A DNA stretch of 52,251 nucleotides from Chromera velia (Eukaryota): positions 1 through 52,251 of the forward strand of contig JAHBMJ010000254.1 of NCBI GenBank assembly GCA_018398765.1, in the 5' to 3' direction. The translations under genes and the position numbers were made by a program. The notes beneath the pieces are model-generated. The model was not told the DNA's origin and searched no databases. It worked only from the letters and a program-made list of their open reading frames with translations. Position 1 is the stretch's first letter. The number at the start of each line of letters is the position of its first letter. Shown here one piece after another: positions 35,481 to 47,800 of this stretch.

Positions 35481-35853
35481 GCTAGATGTCAATAGATGTC
35501 AGACAGCCCCATGACAGCCCCAGGTTTTCTGAATTCAGATATTTTAAAAGACTGGCAAGAGAGAGTCGCGCGCTTTCAAAGAGACCTTTCTCTCTTGCGT
35601 TTGTCGATTTTTCGACTGAAAGAGAAGCCAGCTGACCCAAGCGAAAAAGCCGACTGAAGGCTGAGCAAAGCAACACTGACTGAGATCTTTCGACACTAAG
35701 AGAAAGTGACTAACTGCGTTTGTTTCTTTGCCTTGTTCCCTCCGAGCGTGTTCCCATTTTTGTTTCAGGAGGCCCAGGTGACATCTGTGTTAACTTAAAA
35801 AGACTTAATCGAACTCGCTCCGGTTGTGTCGTTGTGTTCCTTTAAAAGCCACA

Positions 35854-38800
35854 ATGCGGAGGTCACGGCTTGGCAGGATCTCTGCTGTGGCAGTCGCTCT
35901 TCTGTTGGGATTAGAGATGGGTGCCGCCCAACAGTTGCGTTCTTTGTTGCACTCATCTCAGGACTCCAATTCTTTTTGGTCTGGTGGACGATCGAGAGGT
36001 GGGCTGACAGATTGAAGTGCCGCTCGTGAAGCAGCTCTCTGTATGAGTCTGCCCTGCCAGCCGTCTCTGGAAACAAGTTTGCGTATCTGTTGGATAGGAT
36101 CGGATTCAACTTCCTTTTCGTGTCGGAACATAGACCGATCAGTGTCTTCTTCAAGACTGAGGCGATGAATCGAACTTCATGCCCTAAGGAGCTGTAGATG
36201 ATCTAGAGGGGCGACGGAATTTCACAACTTCTTGATAAAACAAATGGTCTCGTGTTCTCTTTCGTCTGTTTCCACTTTCTTTCGCCCTTCTTCCGTTGTC
36301 AGGAGTTCTGATTTTGACGCAAGACGACAAAAAAGATGGTTGTGTTGTCTTGGGAGGAAAGCAACGCACCATTTCCCTTTCTCTGCTGTTTGCTCTCTTC
36401 TTTCTTTGATCCCTCTACCTCCCCCGAACGCAAGCAAAGTGCGTGTCGGCTTCTGCTCTCACCGTCTGTCTGGTCTCTTTTCCTGTCTCTCTTCCTCTCT
36501 CCCTCGCTCATGTATGCAGGAAGGGAAGCAGAAGAAGTGTTCGGAAGGACCCGGAGGAAAGCAGTGGAGGGCCAGAAGGCTGCAACACTCAGGGGAAGAA
36601 ACAGGAAAGAAGGAGTGGCTGTTTCCCTAGAGCGGACTCAGGTGAAGGAGGCAGACACAGGCCTGGCATCCACACTCGCCAGGGCTCCGCTGACAGCCCT
36701 CCCCCTAGCTGCTGCAGAAGCCCCTGCCGCCCCCACCACAACCACCACAACTACTACGACGACCACCACTGTCCCCGAGGAGTGTGGGACGACCGTTGGG
36801 TGTTTCGACTTCTCTCCCGTTCCCTCTGGCTGGGCGCTTGCCGTCTCCCAGGGGGAGTCTATGACAAACGGCGCCTGTGCGATCGAGTGCCGAGATCGGA
36901 AGTTCAAGATGTCTGCAACGACTGGGGGGAAGGATTGTTATTGCGGAGAGTCGGTTGAGGGGTTGACGAAATCCGAGAACGAAGTGGTGGACTGCGACTC
37001 CTGGTGCTCCGGTGCCCCTCCGGCTGTGTTCCTGGGGATGCTCGACGTGGGGGGGGAGCACTGTGGGGGTTCTGCTTCTGCAAGTGTGAGCACCAAGGCG
37101 TGTGGTCAGTTTGCCCATTTTGTCTTTCTGTCTCTCTGGTTGTCCTCTCCTTCTCCCGATCAGCATCAAAAGGAAGGAATTGACGCACGCAAGGGGTGAA
37201 AAATTTGGATGCGTCCTTGCGTGCGTCAATTGTCTGGTTGTCCTCTCCTTCTCCCGATCACCAGCCTGTAAAGGAAGGAAGGACAATTTGTCCTTTCTGT
37301 GTTCGCTCTGTTGGTGTCCGTGATTGTTCCTTCCTTCTGTCTGTCTCTTGAAGCGTCTTGGCTGACACACTGAATGTGATGAGTGACCCCTTGTGCCGTT
37401 TGACCCTTGTGCCATTCACTAGATAGCCCATTGGCGCACGCACTGACTGAATATTGACTGACTGACTGACTGAGTCGCTGGCCAACTTTCTTTCTTTCTT
37501 TCTGCCTGAATGCCCGCCTTGCCAAATTGCCTGCAGTTGACGCGACGACCAGCACGACGACCACGTCCACCAGAGCCCCAATCGACCCGACAGACGAGGA
37601 GGCACCAGACCCCCCAATGACAGACACGGGTGGGACAAAGTGCGGGGAGTGCATCGGGTGTGTGAGGTTCCTTCGGGCCGATGGAGACGATGAGGGCTGG
37701 ACGTTGCTTCTCGAGGAGAGCCCTGACATGACCAACGCACTCTGTCAGGAGAAGTGCTACGAGGCAGGCAAGGCCTATTCGGGCACTCTGAAGGGACAGG
37801 ACTGTTGGTGTGCAGACGAGGCCACGAATCCGGAGGTAGATGAGGACGAGTGTGGCGTGCTGTGTTCAGGGGTGTCCCAGACCACAGACATGGCAGAGGG
37901 GGCAGGAGAGAAGTGCGGAGACACCCACAGACTCTCTCTGTGCAAGGCTGCGTGTGGTCAGTCTCTCCCTCCCGTCACAAGGGAAGAAGGGAAAATCTCT
38001 CGTTTCCTCTCTTCGTGGTCCGACTACAATCGACTACAATGCCTTTTGTTTCCCCCACCCAGTCTTTGTGTCCTTTCCCTTTTTGTCTTTCTTTTCAAAC
38101 TTTCTCTGCCTTTTTCCTTTTTTGGTCGGCTGCACAGCCTGAGCAAAGAAGGCACGAGGAGAGCAAAAACGAAGCAACATACAGAGAAGGAGACAGAAAG
38201 GCGAATGAATGAGAAAGACTGCACTGCCTCCCTCACCCACGGGGCCTCTCTCTGTTTGGATTCTTCGTTTGGATCCACCACGCGGCTCTGTTTTTCTGCG
38301 TTGCGTTGCGCTTCTTTTCTTCTCCTTCCTTTCTTCTCTTTTCTGTTCAGATGAAATGTCTTGTTGTTTGTCGTCTGAGTTGAGCTGAATTTGCGTCCTG
38401 CAGAAAGGGTGGAAGAAAAAAAAGCGGAAAGGGCAGCACTCCGTGCATGTTTCTGTACTGGTCTGCTTCTTTATTCTCTCCCTCCCTCCCTCTCTTCCTC
38501 CTCCTGTGCCTGCCTGCCTGCAGCCCCCGTGACAACTCCGAAGCCCGTCTGTGGTCAGTCAGGCAGTAGGGCAGTCGGTCTCTGTCTTTGCGCTGTTGTT
38601 CTCTGGCAAATGAAAACGTATTCATTCTTTTTGTCCTGTTCCCTGTGTCTCAAAGGCCGCCCTTGTTTTCTTCGCGCTTTTGTCTTGTCCCCTTATTCTT
38701 CAAAGCGAGCGCGTTTTCCCTCCCTGCATTTTTCTTTATTATTGCCCCTCTTGCTTGCTTAACACTCCAGTATTTAGTTCTTTCTCTCCCGCCCTCTCAC

Positions 38801-41800
38801 GTGACTGTTAGTGGATGAAGCAGAAGAAAACGAAAGGAAAGGAAAGCATCAATGCTTCTCCCTCCCCCTCCTTCCCGTCGATCTGCCGATCTGCCTGCAG
38901 CAACAACCACCACAGCCCCGCCAACTGCGGCGCCGTGTGCCACTCAACCACCCCCTCCTACCACCACCACCACCACCACTACGACCACTACGACTGTTAC
39001 CACGACCACGACTACCACAACCACCACGACCGTGTGCGCTCCCCAGTCAGTCGGGTGTTACAGCTTCGAGAATCTGAAGGGAGAGCAGGAAGGGTTCTCG
39101 TGGGTGGAGGAGGAGTCGGAGGAGATGACGAACGCGGGGTGCTCGAAGATGTGCACTGCTGCCGGGTACCGTTACTCGGCGACGTTCAAGGGCAACGACT
39201 GCGCCTGCACGGAGACCCTCCCTCCCGAGGAACGGACAAACGGCACAGAGTGCGAGATCCCCTGCACAGGCGACTCCTCAGACTACTGTGGAGGGTCTCA
39301 CGATGTGACGATCTTCGACTCTGTCTGCGGTCAGTCCGTTGGGGAGACTTTGGGGTCTCTTCGGGGGGAATCACTAGGAGAAGCGGAGCTAGGGTAAAAA
39401 GAAAAGGGAGGAAGGGAGGGAAAAGGGAGGTCTGTTTGTTTGTTTGTTTGTCTGTCAGGGTGTTCCTTCCGGCCCGCTTCTTTTTTTGTTTCTTTCTTTT
39501 TTTTTTTTTTTAAGAGCGTGCGTGCGTTTGGACGCACTTTTCTTTTGAGCTGACCGACCAAGCGACCACTCGGCCCTCCGTGTTCGTCGCACTTCCTTTC
39601 CTTCCGCCGCCCGCATAGGTGCATGCTCGCCCACTTCGGTGAGAAGTGGAATGTTATTCGAAAATCTCTCTCTAGCTTGTACTAACACGTGCGTGCGTCT
39701 GGCTAGGTTCCCTCCCGCTCCCTTTAGATGATAGACGGTCTTCTGTTTGTTGCGTGTGCCTCTTTCTCTGTCTGCAGCAACCACCACGACGACCACCAGC
39801 ACCACCACCGTCGCGACTACCACCACCACGACGACGACGACGACAACGGAGGCCGGGTGCGGCGTCTGTGTGGGGTGCTACCGGTTCCTCCGAGAGGAGG
39901 GGGACAACTCTGCATGGGCGCTGGAGATCGAGGAGAGTGGGGAGATGACGAACGAATTGTGCGAGGAGAAGTGCCTGGAGGCAGGAAAGGCATACTCGGG
40001 CACTCTGAAGGGACAGGACTGCTGGTAGGTTCAGTCGTTCGTCAGGCAGTGGATTGATCTTTCCCAGTGAGGGGGCGCCCTTTGGTTTTGTTGTGCATGC
40101 TGGGTCTGCATTTGATGAATTCTTTTCCGGTTCCTTTGTTCGTTCGTTGAAGTCTTTCTCTCTGTTTCTCTCGCTTTCCTGTCTTCCGTTCCCTTCCATT
40201 CGGGCGTCTTTTCATTTCCCTCTTATCTGCCTGCGGTTTTTGTTCGCCCCCTGCCTCTCACCTTCCCTTTGTTTGCTGCGGGCGGCAAGGGACACTCGCA
40301 TGGATCGAGGAAGGCCCTTCTGTGACAAGGAGGGGATGAATTCGTTTTTGTTCTTCGGATCTTTTGATCTCTCTCTTGCCTTTCTTCCTTTTCTTTTGTT
40401 TGTTCTCTGTCTGCTGACCTTTCTGCCCGCAGGTGTGCCGACACCTTGGATATTCCCTCTGTGGAGAGTTCAGAGTGCGACTTTGCGTGCTCGGGCGGCT
40501 CCTCTGGTCTCTTTGGGGGCCTCTTCGGGGGAGGGGACAAGTGCGGATCCTCTCATAGACTCACAGTCTGCAAGGCCGCATGCCGTCAGTCACTGCATGC
40601 TCGATCCTCTTCTTCTCTGTCTCCCTTCCCCCGCGCGTCTGTGTGTGGGGCGATGAAGGGGTGGGTGATGCTTTGCGTCGCTTTTTTGTCTTTTTTCTCG
40701 ACGCAAAGCTTAGCCCGTCTTTTGCTTGTCTCCTTTAGATGCCTGTTTCCTTTTCTCCCACTTCCTTCATTCTTTTCGGTCCCGTTTTCCTCCTTTCGCT
40801 CGGCCAGAACCTCCCCTTACAAGTCTTCTCTCCCCATCCCTTTTTCCTTTTTCTTCATTTTGCACAGGAGGCCCAAATTTAACTTTCACACAAAGATTCG
40901 ATTCTGATCAACGTATAGACGGATCTCTCAGGGCGCCCATTCTCTCCTTGCGTTTTCGTTCCGTCGCCCTTCTCTGCGTTGCATGCAGCCACTACCACCA
41001 CCACAACTACCACAACCACCACTACAACCACCACGACCACAACTGAAGCGACCACAACTACTACAACTACCACCACTACTACGACCGTGTGTGCTCCCCA
41101 GTCGGTCGGGTGTTATAGCTTCGAGAATCTGAAGGGAGAGCAGGAAGGGTTCTCGTGGGTGGAGGAGGAGTCGGAGGAGATGACGAACGCGGGATGCTCG
41201 AAGATGTGCACTGCTGCCGGGTACCGTTACTCGGCGACGTTCAAGGGCAACGACTGCGCCTGCACGGAGACCCTCCCTCCCGAGGAACGGACAAACGGCA
41301 CAGAGTGCGAGATCCCCTGCACAGGCGACTCCTCAGACTACTGTGGAGGGTCTCACGATGTGACCATCTTCGACTCCGTCTGCGGTAAGTGAGTCAGTCA
41401 GTCAGTCATTGACTTTTTGGGGGTGGGGGGGGCAGGAGCTGTTGCGGTTGCAGAGCAGCAGATCATGAGAGGTTGTGCTTGACCGCTTGAGGTCCGCTAC
41501 AATGCATCCGTCCTTTTTTTTTGTCGTTTTTGTTGTTTTTCAACTCGGTCGGTTTACTCGCCAGCGGATAGCTCTTTTCATGAGAGCGCATTGGCTTCTT
41601 TCTTGTCTTCGTCCCTGTTTTAATTGTGGTTGACCATTTCGGAATCTTTGGCAGAAGAATCTTCCTTTATGCTTTCCCTTCCTTCTATCAGTGCATGTGT
41701 GGGTAAGTGTGCATTTTCTTCGGTCGTTGACGGTCTCCTGCCGATTCGCTCCCCTCTCTCCTTTCCTCCTCCCATCTCCGTCTGCAGCAACCACCACGAC

Positions 41801-44800
41801 GACCACCAGCACCACCACCGTCGCGACGACCACCACGACGACGACGACGACGACGACAACGGATGCCGGGTGCGGCGTCTGTGTGGGGTGCTACCGGTTC
41901 CTCCGAGAGGAGGGGGACAATTCTGCGTGGGCGCTGGAGATCGAGGAGAGTGGGGAGATGACGAACGAGGTGTGCGAGGAGAAGTGCCTGGAGGCAGGAA
42001 AGGCATACTCGGGCACCCTGAAGGGACAGGACTGCTGGTAAGCTCTCCTCTCAGTCGTTCGTCTGGAGAGCATACTGCTGCACAGATCTATCGTCCTTTT
42101 TTCTTTTTCGGTCTGTACCTCGATCCATCGGCAGGCAGTCCCCTTTCTCCTTTGGGATTTGTTTGTTAGTTTGTTTTTGGCTGTATGTTGGCACAGCTTT
42201 GCAGAGAGGCTCCTCAAACACCAACACATTTACTAGGCACGCACGCAAGCCTGTTTTGTCCACTTCTCCATTCTGCCAGCATGTCAAACCAAGTGTGAAG
42301 CCGCCATTTTCGTCTCTTTAAACGAACACCTGCGTGGGTGGGGGCCCTTCTTTTTCTACTTCTTTTCTTTGTTGCTTGCAGGTGCGCTGACACGCTGAGC
42401 ATCCCGGCAGTGGAGACGGCAGAGTGTGACTACGCATGCACTGGGGGCTCTTCGGGACTGTTCGGGGGTCTCTTCGGGGGAGGGGACAAGTGCGGTTCCA
42501 CCCACAGACTCACAGTCTGCAAGGCCGCATGCCGTCAGTTTGTGTGCCTTCAATGTGTTTCCTTCTTTCTGACTGCCCTTTCTCTGCCTGGAGTTAGAGA
42601 ACCAATGCTGTCCGCTTTCCCCCCAGATGGACCTCTAATTCCTTCACAGACATGCATCCCTCCTCTCCCATGCGCACCCGCCTCCCGTCTCCCTGCTTTC
42701 TTTCTTTCACCTAATGTGTCTGCCTGTCAGTCAGTCTACGAGTATGTTAGAGTTCAAGAAAGCAGAAAAGATAATGAAGTACTTGGGTGCGCCTGAATTT
42801 CTGCTTGTTTCTCTCCTAGTCTTTAGAGACCCCCCTGACTTCTTCATGATTTTGTCTGCGCACACGGCCTTATTCGGTTGCGCCATTCCTCTTCTTCTCC
42901 TGATGCAGCCACTACCACCACCACAACTACCACAACCACCACCACTACGACCGCAACTACCACCACCACCACAACTGTTACCACCACCACGACTACCACC
43001 ACCACTACGACCGTGTGTGCTCCCCAGTCAGTCGGGTGTTACAGCTTCGAGAATCTGAAGGGAGAGCAGGAAGGGTTCTCGTGGGTGGAGGAGGAGTCGG
43101 AGGAGATGACGAACGCGGGGTGCTCGAAGATGTGCACTGCTGCCGGGTACCGTTACTCGGCGACGTTCAAGGGCAACGACTGCGCCTGCACGGAGACCCT
43201 CCCTCCCGAGGAACGGACAAACGGAACAGAGTGCGAGATCCCCTGCACAGGCGACTCCTCAGACTACTGTGGAGGGTCTCACGATGTGACCATTTTCGAC
43301 TCCGTTTGCGGTTAGTGAGGGCAGGCAGTTAGGGGGGCGGGGAGGGCACTGAACAGACCACAGTGAATGAGTCCTGGGACGTGTTAGTGCGTGAATGAGC
43401 GAGTGATTGTCTGCGAATTAGAATCACTCTGCCAGCGAGAATGTTGAGGTTCCTCCCTGCAGTGTCCTCTCCCTCCCCGCTGTCTACCGACAGTCGAAAT
43501 TACTTGTCTGAAAAAAGCCCGCCTTCCCCCCAAACCTCCCGCACACTCTTTGCAGCAACCACCACGACGACCACAACAACTGTCGCCACGACCACAACCA
43601 CAACCACCACGGAGGCTGACTGCGGAGTCTGCGTGGGATGTTACCGCTTCCTCCGTTCTGAGGGTGACAACGAGGGTTGGAGTTTTGTCCTTGAGGAGAC
43701 GGGCGATCTGACGACCGAGATGTGTCAGGCGAAGTGTCTGGAGGCAGGCAAGAAGTACAGCGGGACGTTCAAGGGAGAGGACTGCCTGTGTGCAGACGAG
43801 ATCGCTGGACCCTCCGTTGATGAGAGCGAGTGCAGCATGGGATGTGCAGGTGACTCGTCGGAGTCCTGCGGGAACACTCATGACATCTCCGTCTGCAAGG
43901 CCGCATGCCGTCAGTCACTTCACCTGCACTTGTTTCATATCATCTATCCTATCCTTCTCTTCCAATCTATTTCTCTCCTCTTTTCTCGTTTGCTTCTGAT
44001 TTCTCATCTCACGAGTGTATTGATTTGGTCGTCTTTCTATTCTATGCGCTACTGCCCTCTCTTTCTTTCCTCCTGCTTTTTCGACCCCCACCCTTTCGCT
44101 TTTTTCCCTTTCGACATGCACAAAGTCCCCTGTGATCGAGTACGTTGACGGATAAACGCGAACAGCCAAAAAAAAGACTGCACGCCTCTTTCTTTCTTTC
44201 TGCCCGTTCACTCCGTTCCTTTCCACCATATCCTCTCCGCTCCTCTTCTGTCGCTTTGCGGTCTATCTCTCTTGCAATCATGCATCCATCCATCCTGTGC
44301 TCTCCTACCTACCTGCCTGCCTGCCTGCCGTCACATAAGTTCCCCCCCCAAGCGTAGACTACGCTTAACCACCTCTCCCCTCTCCACCAATTTGAGCACA
44401 GAAGTTATTCATATCATCCCCTTCCATTTGCAGCCACCACGACCACTACCACCACCACGACCACAACTGCTGCCGTTACGACCACTACGACGACGACAGA
44501 GGCGGACTGCGGGGTCTGCATGGGCTGCTACCGCTTCCTTCGAGAGGAGGGGGACAACCTTGAGTGGACAATTGAGATCGAGGAGAGCACAACAATGACG
44601 AACGAAGTCTGCGAAGAGAAGTGCCTCGAACTCGGCAAAGCCTACTCAGGCACTCTGAAGGGACAGGACTGCTGGTCAGTCAGTCAGTTAGTCAGATAGA
44701 CAGATAGACAGTCGTTGCTAGTCGGGCCGAGACCCGCTCTCCGCCCTCGATCCCCTTTTGCCAATGCACAAAGTCCCCTCCTGTCGGCCCGTCTACTGGG

Positions 44801-47800
44801 TGCCTCCTTGTCTCTTGCGGTTACTGTAAAGCGGCGCTTAGATGACTACTCGGAGTTTTCTTGCCTTTGTCTTTTTTGTTCTCTGTGACTGTCGCGAGGC
44901 TGCTTTCTTCGGCAAAGGCAAAGACAGGCGAGAGAGCGGATGGCGGGATACCTCAATGTTGGAAACAAATGGGCCGTAACTGCGTGAACTATCCTTCTTC
45001 AGTGACTCACTGAGTCCCTGATTTTCTATTCAAAAAGAGAAGAAGAATGCTTCAGTGACTCACTGGGTCTCTGATTTTCTACTCAAAAAGAGAAGGCGCT
45101 CTTTTAAGCTCTCTTAAGCATGAGAAGTCCCTCTCGCTCGCTTTTCTTGCTTTCGCTTTCTGATTTTGGGCTGTGTGGCGCTTTCCTTCTTTCGTGCGCG
45201 TGCTCGCTTCTTTGTCCCATGGGAGTAAAAGAGTGCCTCAATGAATGAGCAAAGCGAGAGTAAGAGTGTCTTCGCGGTGTATGCAGGTGCGCTGACACGG
45301 TGACCATCCCGGCAGTGGAGACGGCAGAGTGTGACTACGCATGCACTGGGGGTTCTTCGGGACTGTTCGGGGGTCTCTTCGGGGGAGGGGACAAGTGCGG
45401 GTCTACCCATAGACTCACAGTCTGCAAGGCCGCATGCCGTCAGTCGGTCTTCTTTCCTCTTCGTTCGCTTTTCTCTTTCTGTGCTGGTTGTCTCAGTGGA
45501 AGAAATCTGCAGGCGCGCCTGCCTGTGATTCTTTTTTGACGGTTTGTGAGCGTGTCTGTTGGTGTTTGTGTGTGCGTGAGCGTGAGCAATGCTATTTCTC
45601 TTTGATTGTACATGATACAGCTTTTGCACTGCGTCCTTTTGCTGATTGTTTCACCGGGCTTTCTTCTTACTGTTGATTTTTCTTGAGACCGGTACAAGAG
45701 GTCACTCAAGAGGCGACTTTCTGCAAGCCTTCTCCCCCCCCTCTCTTCTCTCTTCTCCGAAGGACGCCAGCACAAAGGTTCTTTTTTGCGCCTCCTGCTT
45801 ACTCAAAATTTCGCGTTTCTGTCCCCCACTCTTCACCTTTTGTGTCATTCTGCAGCTACTACCACCACCACAACTACCACCACCACCACCACTACGACCA
45901 CTACGACTGTTACCACTACCACGACTACCACCACCACCACGACCGTGTGTGCTCCCCAGTCAGTCGGGTGTTACAGCTTCGAGAATCTGAAGGGAGAGCA
46001 GGAAGGGTTCTCGTGGGTGGAGGAGGAGTCGGAGGAGATGACGAACGCGGGATGCTCGAAGATGTGCACTGCTGCCGGGTACCGTTACTCGGCGACGTTC
46101 AAGGGCAACGACTGCGCCTGCACGGAGACCCTCCCTCCCGAGGAACGAACGAACGGAACAGAGTGCGAGATCCCCTGCACAAGCGACTCCTCAGACTACT
46201 GTGGAGGGTCTCATGAAGTTTCGATCTTCGACTCTGTCTGCGGTAAGTGAGCCAGTACGTGGATGGCCGAAGTGGTATGGGATGATAGAGTGAGTGCTTA
46301 GTGAGGGAGTTAAAGAATAAGCGAGCGAGGCAGGCTGATTTTTTCTTTACGCCCTTGTGAGATGGGCAGGCACTCTTCCGCGGTCTGCATTCCTTTCTTA
46401 GCTCTCTTTGAAGGAACCGTGCTCCCTCCCAAGTTTTTTTGACGCGCTCTTTTTCTCCGGTCTTAATTCCCTGCAGCAACCACCACGACGACCACAACAA
46501 CTGTCGCCACGACCACAACCACAACCACCACGGAGGCTGACTGCGGAGTCTGCGTGGGATGTTACCGCTTCCTCCGTTCTGAGGGTGACAACGAGGGTTG
46601 GAGTTTTGTCCTTGAGGAGACGGGCGATCTGACGACCGAGATGTGTCAGGCGAAGTGTCTGGAGGCAGGCAAGAAGTACAGCGGGACGTTCAAGGGAGAG
46701 GACTGCCTGTGTGCAGACGAGATCGCTGGACCCTCCGTTGATGAGAGCGAGTGCAGCATGGGATGTGCGGGTGACTCGTCGGAGTCCTGCGGGAACACTC
46801 ATGACATCTCCGTCTGCAAGGCCGCATGCCGTCAGTCTCTTCTTTGTCTGCGCTCACTGTTTTGTTTTACAAGACGTAGCTGTGAGGAAGAGATGTATGT
46901 GAGGTGTTTACTCGTTCCTCCTTTGGTTGGGTGTTGGTCTGGGTGTCTGCTTACGTGGGCCCCCTTTCCTTTTTTTTTTTTCGTTTCCAGTTGACTGAGG
47001 TTCTCGCCTTTATTTCTTCCGTTGGTCGAAACAGTGGTGCAAGTAAAAGCGCCGTCTTCCGGCAGTTCTGTCTGCAAATCCTTTCTCTTCTCTTTCTTAT
47101 TCCACCCTCTTCCTGTCTTTTCCCTGTCGAAGAAACTGCTTCCTTTCTTTTCCCCTTTCTGGATGGATGGATGGATGCAGCAACGACCACCACGACTACA
47201 ACTGCTGCCGTCACGACCACTACAACCACCACTACGACGACGACAGAGGCGGACTGCGGGGTCTGCATGGGCTGCTACCGCTTCCTTCGAGAGGAGGGGG
47301 ACAACCTTGAGTGGACAATTGAGATCGAGGAGAGCACAACAATGACGAACGAAGTCTGCGAAGAGAAGTGTCTCGAACTCGGCAAAGCCTACTCAGGCAC
47401 TCTGAAGGGACAGGACTGCTGGTCAGTCAGTCAGACAGACAGTCTGTGGGTCTGTATTTTTTTGGGTCGTGCTGCCGGCATTTGCATCACTCTTTTGATC
47501 TGACTTGCTGTAAGGCCTATCTGTTTCCCTCTGAAACTATTGCCGTCTCCCTTTTGCGATCTCACATGAATGTCTTGCCTTTCTGCCCTTGCCTCTCCCC
47601 CCCCCTCCCTCTGTTTTCTGTTCTGCTTGTGTCCTTCTTGCAGGTGCGCGGACACAGTGGACATCCCCTCTGTGGAGACGGGAGAGTGCGACTTCTCCTG
47701 CACAGGCTCCTCTGGCGGGCTGTTGAGCCTCTTCGGGGGTGCAGAGAAGTGCGGGTCCACCCACAGACTCACAGTCTGCAAGGCCGCATGCCGTCAGTCC

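Noticed and set aside
44997..45095. About 45-bp intronic duplication 54 bp apart as another member of the hairpin-spacer family
   Set aside because: Essentially tandem with almost no spacer or hairpin; an ordinary tandem duplication.
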